Made by a program: the position numbers and the translations under genes. Positions 35,706-44,984 of a stretch of 45,496 nucleotides of DNA are shown here, one piece after another (the first letter of the stretch is position 1; every line of letters begins with the position of its first letter). The stretch comes from a virus. Taxonomy: Duplodnaviria; Caudoviricetes. The DNA is taken from the IMG/VR virus record IMGVR_UViG_3300044210_000025, positions 1 through 45,496 of that record; one strand, given 5' to 3'. Under the pieces are notes generated by a model that saw only the letters and a list, made by a program, of their open reading frames with translations, was not told where the DNA came from and made no database searches.

Positions 35706-35732
35706 CCTCAAGCGCTGTCGCAGCAACCAACC

Positions 35733-35767
35733 AAGGCCGGCCCAATCGTGGGCCGGCCTTTTCGTTT
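35733..35767 (+). terminator. Intrinsic terminator of the early operon
   Basis: AAGGCCGGCCCA-ATCG-TGGGCCGGCCTT followed by TTCGTTT. Confidence 0.9.
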
Positions 35768-35799
35768 GCCATCACATTGATGCGCCGTATTACTTGTCT

Positions 35800-36292
35800 T
35801 CTCGACCGTGAAATCGTGAGTCATTTCGACGGTGGGCCCCGGACTTAGGTCCCATCCCATCATTCTGGGTCTGGTCCGTGACTGAGTGATTTGGGGCGGG
35901 GTTCGCTGCTGACGCGCTGTCCCTTGGGACTATCCAGGACAGCGGTTTCTGACGAACGCCCTTGTTGGATCTGCCAGGCCCACCCCATCAAGTGAGCCGA
36001 ACGCAGGGAATGCCCGACGCCGGGGCACCGTACATCGCTGTACGGAATCGGGTGTCACCTTTCCACCCTGCGCTTGCAGATTCGCGGCCGATGCCGTGGC
36101 TCGCATTTCGGTTCCATCCGTTTCCGTTCCCCAACATTCGGACCCGCTGAAGGCGGGAACAGCGCCCGAGCTGGCGCCAATTGTGAGGTTGACCGAGCAA
36201 CCGTTTTGTGCGATGTTGTTTTCCATCGACGCTGGGGAGTTTCGATACTAACGCCGACCTTGAACGCAAAGCAAGGTCGGCGTTACTGTTTC
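35800..36292 (+). ncRNA. Candidate large structured non-coding RNA of unknown family
   Basis: Nested stems across most of the gap between convergent operons; G-U pairs favour the plus strand; no credible ORF. Confidence 0.6.
36249..36292 (+). terminator. 14-bp hairpin, probable terminator (possibly bidirectional)
   Basis: TAACGCCGACCTTG-N9-CAAGGTCGGCGTTA followed by CTGTTTC. Confidence 0.65.
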
Positions 36293-36296
36293 TGGA

Positions 36297-36671
36297 CTAC
36301 GTTGACGCGTCTTCGATGTCGACTTCGACGCCGGACGGAACCCCGATTCGGTGCGTATGCGTCGTCCCTGCGTTGTTCGCGCGCTTGTCGTTCTGAAGCA
36401 CCTTGGCCTGCACGAGACCGTCCCAGACGAACTTCTGCCCGGCCTCGACGTTGTCCGGGTCCCTGGCGCCATCGCGCTCAACCCACGTGAAGTGCAGGCG
36501 CACGCGCTTGTAATGGCCTTTGGGTATACGAGCCGCCAACGCGTGAAGGGCTACCTTCTCGGTCCACGCTTTCTTGAGCGTCGAGTACCCGTACCCCTTT
36601 CCGCCGCAGCCCTTCGCAGCGGCCACGATTTCGTTCATGCCAGGAAGCGGCCCTGGTACCCAGAACTTCAT
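36297..36671 (-). CDS. RusA-like Holliday junction resolvase
   Basis: MKFWVPGPLPGMNE...RDPDNVEAGQKFVWDGLVQAKVLQND; true start probably 36671 (ATGA overlap). Confidence 0.8.
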   Translation of the reverse strand: MKFWVPGPLPGMNEIVAAAKGCGGKGYGYSTLKKAWTEKVALHALAARIPKGHYKRVRLHFTWVERDGARDPDNVEAGQKFVWDGLVQAKVLQNDKRANNAGTTHTHRIGVPSGVEVDIEDAST

Positions 36672-36982
36672 GGCGCCACGAGCACGATGGACTGGTTTCG
36701 CTCGGACGGCTTCACGTGGTGGACGGTTGGGATACGCTTCTCGAGCTCCTTCGAAACGATGTCGGCAATCTCTGACCGAAGCGACGCCTTCCCAAGCCAC
36801 ACGACGAACGTGAACAGTAGCGTAAGCACGGCGAGCGCACCAACCACGCGCTGGTACCCCCTCACGGCCTCACACGAACCCTTGTGCGTCTCGGTGGCCT
36901 TCCCGGCTTCGTCACGGGCTATCGCGCGGATGCGCTCTGAGCTCTCAGTGACAGGGACCGGGGTTATGGTTCGGTGAGACAT
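36668..36982 (-). CDS. Single-pass membrane protein
   Basis: 104 aa; hydrophobic VVGALAVLTLLFTFVVWL. Confidence 0.7.
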   Translation of the reverse strand: MSHRTITPVPVTESSERIRAIARDEAGKATETHKGSCEAVRGYQRVVGALAVLTLLFTFVVWLGKASLRSEIADIVSKELEKRIPTVHHVKPSERNQSIVLVAP

Positions 36983-36991
36983 GGCAAGATG

Positions 36992-37453
36992 CTACTCCGA
37001 CGGAGGCAATGCTGGCAGTGCTAGGTACCAGTGCAGGGTGTTCGTCGCGTGGCTGCAGTAGTAGCACCTGTCATCTGGGATCAAATTCCACGCAGTGCCG
37101 TCGGTTGCTACTGCCGTTACGAGAACAGACATGGAAAGGGAAGCGGAGTACATTGACCCAACCACACTCGCCGAGGCCCTGCCTGACGGCATTGCTGGCA
37201 TTTGGATCCACGTGATATCTGACCCGACCAAGGCCAGTACCGATCCATCGCCAAACATCCAGTCGTGGCCCGCGTACGTGGTAGTGTGCGCGCACCAAAC
37301 GGTGCCGTCATTCGCAGCTGCGAACTGGACGCACTGGCCATCCCAGTTGGTGTCGAGCGCGGTTGCTGAGACGACGGTCCGATCGGCGGCGGTTGCGGGC
37401 GAGAGAGAGAAGATGGTGGCTACTATGAATGCAATTGCGATGATGAATTTCAT
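36992..37453 (-). CDS. Exported hypothetical protein
   Basis: Signal peptide MKFIIAIAFIVATIFSLSPATA; SD AAGGAG. Confidence 0.75.
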   Translation of the reverse strand: MKFIIAIAFIVATIFSLSPATAADRTVVSATALDTNWDGQCVQFAAANDGTVWCAHTTTYAGHDWMFGDGSVLALVGSDITWIQMPAMPSGRASASVVGSMYSASLSMSVLVTAVATDGTAWNLIPDDRCYYCSHATNTLHWYLALPALPPSE

Positions 37454-37463
37454 GGTGATCTCC

Positions 37464-37868
37464 TTACGAGAGTGGCGGGATTGCCCCGGCGGTTGCGAGA
37501 GTCGACAGCACGGCGTTGTTTTCGCCGTTACCTGCGGCTGCCTTGTAGGCCGAAACGCACGTGTTCAACAAGTTCGTGAATGTTGCGCTACCAAGCACGA
37601 GCCGGTCAGTGAATTGGTTGTGGGGGCTCGCCGAGTTGGCGAGGTACGTATCGCACACGGTGTTGGTGATTTTCATGGTAACTGGAGGATACGAGCACGC
37701 GAGCTGCTGCGCCTCCGTCGTTCCGGCGTTGGCGTTGCTTGGTCGAGCCTGAATCGTCGCCAGACCATAGAGAATCGTTTCGGATGCCTCGTCCCGCACG
37801 GTCTCCCAGCGCAGGCACGCCATGCGCGTGAGGTTTGCAACAGTGATATTTGTTGCCAGAGATTTCAT
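37464..37868 (-). CDS. Hypothetical protein
   Basis: 134 aa; SD AGGAG. Confidence 0.75.
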   Translation of the reverse strand: MKSLATNITVANLTRMACLRWETVRDEASETILYGLATIQARPSNANAGTTEAQQLACSYPPVTMKITNTVCDTYLANSASPHNQFTDRLVLGSATFTNLLNTCVSAYKAAAGNGENNAVLSTLATAGAIPPLS

Positions 37869-37877
37869 GTGCGTCTC

Positions 37878-38171
37878 CTACTTGGTCGGAGCCTCAATTA
37901 CGAGCTTGACAGGTACACCATCGACGATCGCGTTCAGGGTGCCATTGGGCACTGGCGTTCCCATCTTAATCGCTCTGTGCGATACCGGGCTTCGTCGCTG
38001 CGAGCGCGATCCGTTATTTCCGTAGTCTACGCTAAGCCCGGTAGTCACGGCACCAGCCGCGGAGTCAGCAGCCGCCGCCTCGGCCGCAATCTCTGCCGGC
38101 GTCTGCTCTACGTCGACCGCAGTAGTGGTTCCAGTGGCGGCATTGAAAGTGATCCTTTTCACCGTGCTCAT
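37878..38171 (-). CDS. Hypothetical protein
   Basis: 97 aa; ATGA coupling. Confidence 0.65.
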   Translation of the reverse strand: MSTVKRITFNAATGTTTAVDVEQTPAEIAAEAAAADSAAGAVTTGLSVDYGNNGSRSQRRSPVSHRAIKMGTPVPNGTLNAIVDGVPVKLVIEAPTK

Positions 38172-38665
38172 GGCAGCCTTTCGATCGTGTAGTGCGACGT
38201 TTCGTCAAGCAAATCGACAGCGTAGTTCATTTCGACACCAACACCGGTGATCTCATCGCTTGCTGTATAGGTTCCTATCAGTGTTCCCGTAGTCGACGCT
38301 CCAGTGGATGGGCGCCACTCGAAGGCGGTGAAGCTCACGTTTCTAATCCCTCCCAAGCTCGATGACGGATATAGGCATTCAATTACGACTCGCATCCAGT
38401 CGCCAGTCCTAAAGTCAAGCCCAGAATATCCAAGAATGACATTGTACCCGAGTCTGTTCGTCGAAGTCCACGTGATGTTAGTCGTGTTGGATCCGTTAAT
38501 TCGTCCTGAAAGCTGCCGACCAGCGCTCGAGTTGCACTTGACATTAGTGGTGATGCGGAATCCTCCAAGGGTGTCGCATGCCAGACTTGACCAATCGAAC
38601 GATATGCCGGTGACACCGAATGTGCCGCGGACAATCCTACTATTGTCGGGGATAGACCTAATCAT
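38168..38665 (-). CDS. Hypothetical beta-rich protein
   Basis: MIRSIPDNSRIV...; SD GGAGGA; visibly more AT-rich than neighbours. Confidence 0.65.
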   Translation of the reverse strand: MIRSIPDNSRIVRGTFGVTGISFDWSSLACDTLGGFRITTNVKCNSSAGRQLSGRINGSNTTNITWTSTNRLGYNVILGYSGLDFRTGDWMRVVIECLYPSSSLGGIRNVSFTAFEWRPSTGASTTGTLIGTYTASDEITGVGVEMNYAVDLLDETSHYTIERLP

Positions 38666-38667
38666 TA

Positions 38668-39093
38668 CTATCCTCCTGAGTGAACATCGCCGAGGCGGTA
38701 TGTTACGACAGGTCTCCACGTGCTCGCTGTCGGGGATGTCGAGCCAGCTGTGAAGGTGAATCTCACGTCATCGAACATCCCGACGTAGATGTCATATGCA
38801 TCGTAATCGGATGCGGTTGCAGCCGCGACGGTTGCTGGCAACGACCCTGTCGAACCGTTGATGTTGAAGCTGAACGGGTCCCAAGTTGTTCCACCGTCAG
38901 AGCTGGTGTAGCCCTTGAGACCATCAGTCGCAGATGCCTTATCCATCCCTGGGAACGAAAGCCCAACGCGTCCGCCGCCGAACATGCTCATGCGCTTACC
39001 GCCTCCGAACACGGAGACGGAATTGAACATGTCGACCGTGGCGCCTGCTGCCGGAGCGGCTGGAGCGGCAACTCGTACTGGTTGAAATTCCAT
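38668..39093 (-). CDS. Hypothetical beta-rich (virion?) protein
   Basis: 141 aa; SD GAGG; Asp-box-like SSDGGTTW. Confidence 0.7.
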   Translation of the reverse strand: MEFQPVRVAAPAAPAAGATVDMFNSVSVFGGGKRMSMFGGGRVGLSFPGMDKASATDGLKGYTSSDGGTTWDPFSFNINGSTGSLPATVAAATASDYDAYDIYVGMFDDVRFTFTAGSTSPTASTWRPVVTYRLGDVHSGG

Positions 39094-39101
39094 CGTGCCT
39101 C

Positions 39102-41444
39102 CTACTTTAACATCGTTTGCAAGACCTGTTTACCTTTGCCGACCATCTCAGCGCGCTTGCGCTCTGCTTCCTGTGCTGCCTTCTGAGCGGCATCGAGTAG
39201 ATCTGCTCTCCCACCGGCCCCCATGTCAGGGATGCCGAGCAGTGGTGTCATGCCTTCGCGGTATGCTTGGCCCTCCGGGAGATGGTAGGCCGCTCTTGAC
39301 CTGAGAGCCTGACGAGACGCCACACCGAGACCGGCGAGCGTGAGAGCGTCGAACATCAGGCCGTATGGTCCTCCGTGAGCGAGACCGTACACGCCAGGGG
39401 CAGCCATCATCGCCAGACGATGGGCCGGCGGAAACCTGGATTCCTCGAGAGCTTCCTTGCTCGCAACCACCCTGTCCGAAGCAGCCTGAGCATCCGACAC
39501 ACGCTCGTCGGCCGCGTACTGCGCTCCAGCGCGCTCGGTGTCGACGTATCGAGCGGCCCGTTCCTCCGCAAGCGCCTGCTCGTTGGCCACGCGCTCTTGG
39601 GCCTGCTCGAGGCTCAGGCGAGCGTTGGTGCGTGCGCTGGCGACGCTCGCCAGCTCGTCAGCGTATCCGGCCTCTCGCATCTCCTGCTCGTGGCGAGCTC
39701 GAATGGCGTCCGGGTCTCCGGACTTCTCAAACCACTTGGCGCCCTTGATTTCCTCGGAAGGCATCACGCTGAACGAGCGTCCTGATTCGTCCGGAGAATC
39801 GAAGCGCTGCTCTGGCGTGCCGGCAACCGGGAGATTCTCTTCCCCCGAGCGATACACCATATCGGTGAGCCGTTCCCTTTGGCTGGCAGATTGGCGGTAT
39901 GCCTGGTTGGCCTTGGCAAGGCGCCCGGTCGGATCGACGTTCGCGACGTGCTCTCGCAGGGCGCCGAGAATCTTCCCGTAGGTGTACTGCTGAACCGGGG
40001 TCCCTCGCTCAGCCATCTTCTGGAAATTCTGGATGGCGTTTCGGTAGTCAGCGAGACTTGCCTGTGGGCCAAGGTACGATTGCAGCTCTCTCTCAACTCG
40101 CTCGAATTCGCTACCAAGTGCCATGTGCTTTTCCCCGGCAGATCCGGCCACGGGTTCACCTTTGGACGTGAGCAACAAGGACTTCGTCGCCTTGGTCCCT
40201 GCCGTATCTTCCCTGGCGTGCTGCTCGACTAGTGAGCGAACCTCGTCCATCACGGGTTGCGTGTCGAATAGAGCGGGTTTCCCCGTCTCCGGGTCGTGCA
40301 CAGCCGGGTCTTCTGCGATATCCTTCAACTCCGCGTCGAAGGTATCCTTTGATTGGCCACGAGCCTTGGCGAACTTCTGACGAAACGACTGCTCTTGCGC
40401 TGCTGCCCGGTCGGATACCATCCGCTGGCCGTACTGCTTCTCGGATTCGATGACCCGCGCGCCACGTTCTCCTTCGCCAGCCAGAAACTCTTCGCTCCTG
40501 GCCTTTGCCTCCGCAACAGAGGCGTCGAGCTCTCTACGAGAAGTCTGCTCAGTCTTGCTCAGCTGATCGCTTGTCCTCTTTTCGAGCGCAGGCAAAACCC
40601 CTTTCTCATGCAGTCCCGCGGATCTGTCGTTGGCGTACCTTTGTGCCTTGATACCAACACCACCCCTTGCATCAGGATTCACTGATGTCGACTGCGCAGC
40701 GCCCGGTGCGGCCATAACGGTGCCAACCACGGTTGGCACAACAACCTCGTGCTTGAAGTCAATCGGAGGCGCGGAGCCTTCGGTGAGCATCTGCGGTACC
40801 CTACGTCCAACAGCTTCCGTGGTGGCAAGCGCGCCCTGGCCAAGCGCCGCGCCGGCAAGACGCGGTGCCAGGACACCCGGAAGCACGCGCTCTGCCGCGC
40901 GCTCTCCAGTGCTGTAGATGGCATTTCCGGCTCCGAACAAAGCCCGTCCTGCCGCGCCGGCCGTTGCCAGAGGAGCAGTCATAGCGGCGCCTGACACTAG
41001 GGCTGTGGTAGGTGATGGCGCCTCGCTCATGACCTTCGCGTGGGTCCCAGGCGTCGGCCACACGTTACCGAAACCGGGCAAGATGCGCTGCCCGAGGTCT
41101 CCGATTCCCTCCACGGCGGTGACGTAGCCAGGGACAGACTGTGCCGCTCCGGCGAGCGTTCCCGCCGCCTGCTTCCCGATGCTCTTCGCGGTGCCCGGGA
41201 TGTCGGACACCGTCTCAGCCACGGAGTCCCACGCCTTCCGAAGGCCGCTCTTGGGCTGGATCTCGCCAGCCTTGATGCGCTTTTCCTGGCCAGCCATGTC
41301 TTCCTGGTCCTGAGCGCGCAATCCTTGCTCGAGCTGCGATACCTTGTCGTGAAGCTCCGGCGTTGCCTCGTATTCAGGGTCCGCCTTGATTTCGTCGATG
41401 AGCAAAAGGGCGGCCTTGCGCTGCTGTGACGTGAGCTTGTTCAC
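39102..41444 (-). CDS. Putative DNA ejection / internal virion protein
   Basis: 780 aa, Ala/Gly-rich and helical; last of a large-gene series after the gp10-like gene. Confidence 0.6.
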   Translation of the reverse strand: MNKLTSQQRKAALLLIDEIKADPEYEATPELHDKVSQLEQGLRAQDQEDMAGQEKRIKAGEIQPKSGLRKAWDSVAETVSDIPGTAKSIGKQAAGTLAGAAQSVPGYVTAVEGIGDLGQRILPGFGNVWPTPGTHAKVMSEAPSPTTALVSGAAMTAPLATAGAAGRALFGAGNAIYSTGERAAERVLPGVLAPRLAGAALGQGALATTEAVGRRVPQMLTEGSAPPIDFKHEVVVPTVVGTVMAAPGAAQSTSVNPDARGGVGIKAQRYANDRSAGLHEKGVLPALEKRTSDQLSKTEQTSRRELDASVAEAKARSEEFLAGEGERGARVIESEKQYGQRMVSDRAAAQEQSFRQKFAKARGQSKDTFDAELKDIAEDPAVHDPETGKPALFDTQPVMDEVRSLVEQHAREDTAGTKATKSLLLTSKGEPVAGSAGEKHMALGSEFERVERELQSYLGPQASLADYRNAIQNFQKMAERGTPVQQYTYGKILGALREHVANVDPTGRLAKANQAYRQSASQRERLTDMVYRSGEENLPVAGTPEQRFDSPDESGRSFSVMPSEEIKGAKWFEKSGDPDAIRARHEQEMREAGYADELASVASARTNARLSLEQAQERVANEQALAEERAARYVDTERAGAQYAADERVSDAQAASDRVVASKEALEESRFPPAHRLAMMAAPGVYGLAHGGPYGLMFDALTLAGLGVASRQALRSRAAYHLPEGQAYREGMTPLLGIPDMGAGGRADLLDAAQKAAQEAERKRAEMVGKGKQVLQTMLK

Positions 41445-43540
41445 TTCGCACCCCCGAGTAGCTGCTGGAGCTGCTGAAGTTTGTCAGCGAGTCCGCCACC
41501 CGTTGCAGCCTTTGGGGCTCCGCCGGCATCAACGCTCTTTCCCTTGCCGGCAAGAGGAACATCGGACCACCACTGCCTTGGCTCCATGCCCACGTGCGAT
41601 CCAAGAGAGTTGAGCAAAGACGTCATCTTGTACCGATACGCCAGCGGCTCACTGTCGAACTGCTGCTTCAGGTCCATTACCTTGCGCCGACCGTACGACA
41701 CGAGAGAATCCGTCGTGCTGCGAATCGCCTCGCTGATGGCTGCACGTTCACGTGGTGGCATACCGGACCAACCACGCTCGAAAGTGCGCATCTGATCTGG
41801 CGTGAGACCCTCGCCACTTTCGAACAGTGATGCAAGCTCTGGAATGCCGATGTTCTTGCCGATGTTTGCGAGATGGTTGTTGATATTTGTCGTACCCTTG
41901 CGAAATTCCTTGGTCTCGTTCTCAACCGGGACACCACCACGCGCGATTCCGAAGAGGTTCATCATCGCTTCTGCGTGGGCCGCGCCTGAATTCGGACCAT
42001 CCAACGAGATGTTCTTGGCAGCCCACTCGAGGCGCCCGGGGTTCGATGCCATCAGCTTTGACCATCCCTGTTGCGTCGACCAGTCTCGAACCTCACGAAG
42101 CAGTCGTTGCTCCGTTGGATTGCGCTCCTTATAGCTCAGACTCGCCCACGGGTTATTATCGCTGCTTGTCGGGTCGGAAGACGCCGCCGCGCTGGCCGCG
42201 GACCCTCCGCGCTTCTTGCGCATACTGGAAACCTTGACGGAGGTTTCGTTGCGTCCCTGAGCGATCCTCTCGTTCGACGCGATCTGCTTGTCCTGGCGCT
42301 CGCCAGTCGCCATTGCTTGCTGCATGGCTCTTCTGTCCGATGGGTCGAGACCGCCTACCAGCATCGCGCGTTCCCTGGCCAGCATCAGCGCCAGCTGCGG
42401 ATTCGCCTGTGCGTCTGGAGACTCCATCGCGGCCGTAATCTCTGAAATCTTGACCTTCACCAGGTCGCGCCTGGCGGACATCGTGTCGTCTTCCGATATG
42501 CGCATCTCGCGCCCATCTGGCATGGTTACGAGCCAGTATCCGCCCATGTCTTCCGCTTCTGGCGCTGATGCCTGGGCTGGACCGGCTGGACCAGACACGA
42601 GCGGCGGGGCCATGAGAGGCTTCCCCATCATCGTTGGGATTCCTCCTTGGCTCGGTTGCTCGTGGACATCTTCGGCCGGGAACCTGTCGCCCTCTCGCGC
42701 GCCATGCGGGAACGATGACATCGGAATTTCCGTGTCCTTCTGACCGGCACCAGTCTCGATCGTGGATCGAGCCGTGTCTCCTTCCGGCTCGTCGAGAAGG
42801 ACGTCGCGCGCGAACGGGTTTCCGAATCCGCCCATCAGATTTACGTCTTCCTGGTTGAAGCGCTCTCCCTCGGTAGCACCTTCCGGGAACGCCCTTCGCG
42901 GCAGCTGTACAGTCCTCGGATCGCCATGGCCTTCGATGACTGCTTGAGCGGTATCGCCTTCCGGCTCGTCAAGCAACACGGTGTCTTGCTGAGGCGCTTC
43001 CGCTTCACCCCGCGCATCTAACGCGGCATGAAGAGTCGGCGGGGCCATGAGAGGCTTCCCCATCATCGTTGGGATTCCTCCTTGCTGCTGCTGCGTCTCG
43101 GGCATCGCTTGCGGAACAGTGGCGGCCGGTTGCGCCTGAGAGCGACGTGGAACGTACTTCGGAGTTACCCACGTGGGAGAACCGTCAGGACCACGCATCA
43201 GCACGGGTTGAGGAGCCTGGCCAGGTCGCAAGCTCCCGGTCAGCGTCTTCATCGCCGCTGCGTTTCCTTGCGCGATCTGGTACTGGCGATCGCTATCTTG
43301 CTTCTTCTCGGCCAGTTCCTGCTTCCCCCTGTAGTAAGTCTCCTTCGCCTCCTCGCGCTTCTGCTGTAACGCCAGCTGCTCGTCTTGTCTCCGCTGCACC
43401 TCGATTTGCATGCGTCGCTGGGTCAACGAGTCGATGAGGTTCCCGAGGCTCGCGATCTCAGGCCCGAACGTTGGCGGGGCGACGATGGCATCGCCAAGGT
43501 GGGGAGATACTACCGGGTTTGGGTATCCGTACTGGTTCAT
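41441..43540 (-). CDS. Putative DNA ejection protein with internal duplications
   Basis: 699 aa; QGGIPTMMGKPLMAPP twice and VLLDEPEGDTA twice. Confidence 0.6.
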   Translation of the reverse strand: MNQYGYPNPVVSPHLGDAIVAPPTFGPEIASLGNLIDSLTQRRMQIEVQRRQDEQLALQQKREEAKETYYRGKQELAEKKQDSDRQYQIAQGNAAAMKTLTGSLRPGQAPQPVLMRGPDGSPTWVTPKYVPRRSQAQPAATVPQAMPETQQQQGGIPTMMGKPLMAPPTLHAALDARGEAEAPQQDTVLLDEPEGDTAQAVIEGHGDPRTVQLPRRAFPEGATEGERFNQEDVNLMGGFGNPFARDVLLDEPEGDTARSTIETGAGQKDTEIPMSSFPHGAREGDRFPAEDVHEQPSQGGIPTMMGKPLMAPPLVSGPAGPAQASAPEAEDMGGYWLVTMPDGREMRISEDDTMSARRDLVKVKISEITAAMESPDAQANPQLALMLARERAMLVGGLDPSDRRAMQQAMATGERQDKQIASNERIAQGRNETSVKVSSMRKKRGGSAASAAASSDPTSSDNNPWASLSYKERNPTEQRLLREVRDWSTQQGWSKLMASNPGRLEWAAKNISLDGPNSGAAHAEAMMNLFGIARGGVPVENETKEFRKGTTNINNHLANIGKNIGIPELASLFESGEGLTPDQMRTFERGWSGMPPRERAAISEAIRSTTDSLVSYGRRKVMDLKQQFDSEPLAYRYKMTSLLNSLGSHVGMEPRQWWSDVPLAGKGKSVDAGGAPKAATGGGLADKLQQLQQLLGGAK
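42602..43084. repeat. Exact 48-bp direct repeat pair
   Basis: 42602-42649 equals 43037-43084, offset 435 bp (in frame). Confidence 0.92.
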
Positions 43541-43548
43541 CGGTTACC

Positions 43549-44982
43549 TCATGCGGCCTTCTTCCCGAGCTTCTGGTTGACGTAGTAGTTGACGGCGGCG
43601 TTCCCGGCCACGCCAAGAGCCTGAAGGTAGTTCTGGGCCTCTGCGTACGCCTGTTCTTCCGACAGCTGCCCCTGCTGCTGCTTCAGCTGAATGCCAGCAA
43701 GCTGGAGTTGAAGCTCCTGCTGCTGCGCCGACGTGAGGCCGCTATAGATGAGCCCGGATTCGAGCTGGCCAAGCTGCAGAGCGCTGTTGAGACCGCCCGT
43801 GAGGCGGTTCTGCTGCAGGTTCTCCGCGCTGTTGGCCGCGCTTTGGCCGGCCGTCATCCTGGCGAGGTCGCCCTGGTCGACGTTGAGCGCCTGGCCGAAC
43901 TTCTGGTTGTTCGCCGTGTCTGCTGCGCTGGCGAGTTGGCCACCCGTGAGAGCCCAGTTCTCGCGGGCCTTGGTCGCGGCATCCGTGAACGCAACGCCAA
44001 GGTTCCCAGTGGCCCGCGCTGCAGCCCCCGAGTCTCCCCATCCAGCAGACGCCGACTTCCGGTCGAGCGTGACCTGAGCCTGCTGCAAACCGCGCTGGTA
44101 TACGTCGTCCAGCGCCTCCGGGTTCCCGAAGATTCCGCTGTAGGCATTCCACTGTTGTTGCGCGTTCGTGGGCTGATTCTTCGTCTGTCCCCAATACTGC
44201 GAAGCCTCGGACGGCTTCGTGTAGAAGTCCTTGGTGCTGTCGAAGTAGTTCTCCCCGGCGCCTGGATTCAGCAGCTCTCCGGTTGGCTGCTGGGTCTGCG
44301 GCTGGGCCGTTGGGGTCTGCGTGTTCTGGTCCGGATGCTGCGAAGGGTACCAAGTCGCATAGGACTTCACTGCGGTCTGAGCGTCCGCAAGGCTGGTGAA
44401 GACTTGCCCGCCACCGCCAGCGGTTCCGGCGTAGAACGCCGTCGGCGTACCGGCCGCATCGTGCGCAATCGGGATGATTCCTTCGTTCCCTGGGCCAAGT
44501 CCGTAGTCGGTCGTGTAGTTGTACGCTCGCGAATTTGTTTGCGCGCTTGTCCGCTGATAGTCGCTAGGGGACTCGCCAGCAGGTCCGTACTCATACTCGC
44601 CGGCCTTACTGGTGTAGTAATACTGGCCAGTGTGCGGATCGATGTACCCTGCCCCCTCTAGCCCACCTGTTTCGTACATTGACTTATACGATTCCGACGG
44701 TCCGCCCCACGCCTGCAAATCTCCCGTGGCGTCGCTCCATGCGGTTTGCTTCCCTCCAAGCCCGAAGTAGTAATAGCCAGTATTTGGGTCTTGCCAGTAG
44801 TTGCCCGTTCCTCCAAATGAGTACCCCGGACCAGCGTTTCGCGACGCCTTGTCAGATGCCTCCGCGGACGCCTTCGAAGCGGACTGCTGTCCAGAGTACC
44901 ATCCTAGATAGTCGTCGTACTCGGCCTGGCTTTGGAATGGCCTGCCGGTTCTCGGGTTCGTTTGACCGTCCCAGCTCGCCAT
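43549..44982 (-). CDS. Putative DNA ejection / pilot protein
   Basis: Gln/Gly/Ala/Tyr-rich; probable start MASWDGQ at 44982. Confidence 0.6.
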   Translation of the reverse strand: MASWDGQTNPRTGRPFQSQAEYDDYLGWYSGQQSASKASAEASDKASRNAGPGYSFGGTGNYWQDPNTGYYYFGLGGKQTAWSDATGDLQAWGGPSESYKSMYETGGLEGAGYIDPHTGQYYYTSKAGEYEYGPAGESPSDYQRTSAQTNSRAYNYTTDYGLGPGNEGIIPIAHDAAGTPTAFYAGTAGGGGQVFTSLADAQTAVKSYATWYPSQHPDQNTQTPTAQPQTQQPTGELLNPGAGENYFDSTKDFYTKPSEASQYWGQTKNQPTNAQQQWNAYSGIFGNPEALDDVYQRGLQQAQVTLDRKSASAGWGDSGAAARATGNLGVAFTDAATKARENWALTGGQLASAADTANNQKFGQALNVDQGDLARMTAGQSAANSAENLQQNRLTGGLNSALQLGQLESGLIYSGLTSAQQQELQLQLAGIQLKQQQGQLSEEQAYAEAQNYLQALGVAGNAAVNYYVNQKLGKKAA

Positions 44983-44984
44983 GG

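Noticed and set aside
36132-36218. tRNA gene suggested by the cloverleaf-like junction
   Set aside because: No T-loop GTTCRA, D-loop or anticodon-arm consensus; retained only as part of the larger RNA candidate.
35930-36269. Small ORFs in the 35.8-36.3 kb gap
   Set aside because: No clear RBS or motifs, and they overlap inconsistently; RNA structure explains the region better.
2852-44661. Long antisense ORFs (2852-3973, 11221-12249, 28469-29764, 37095-38192, 43471-44661)
   Set aside because: They lie opposite well-supported genes, lack motifs, and are expected in GC-rich DNA.
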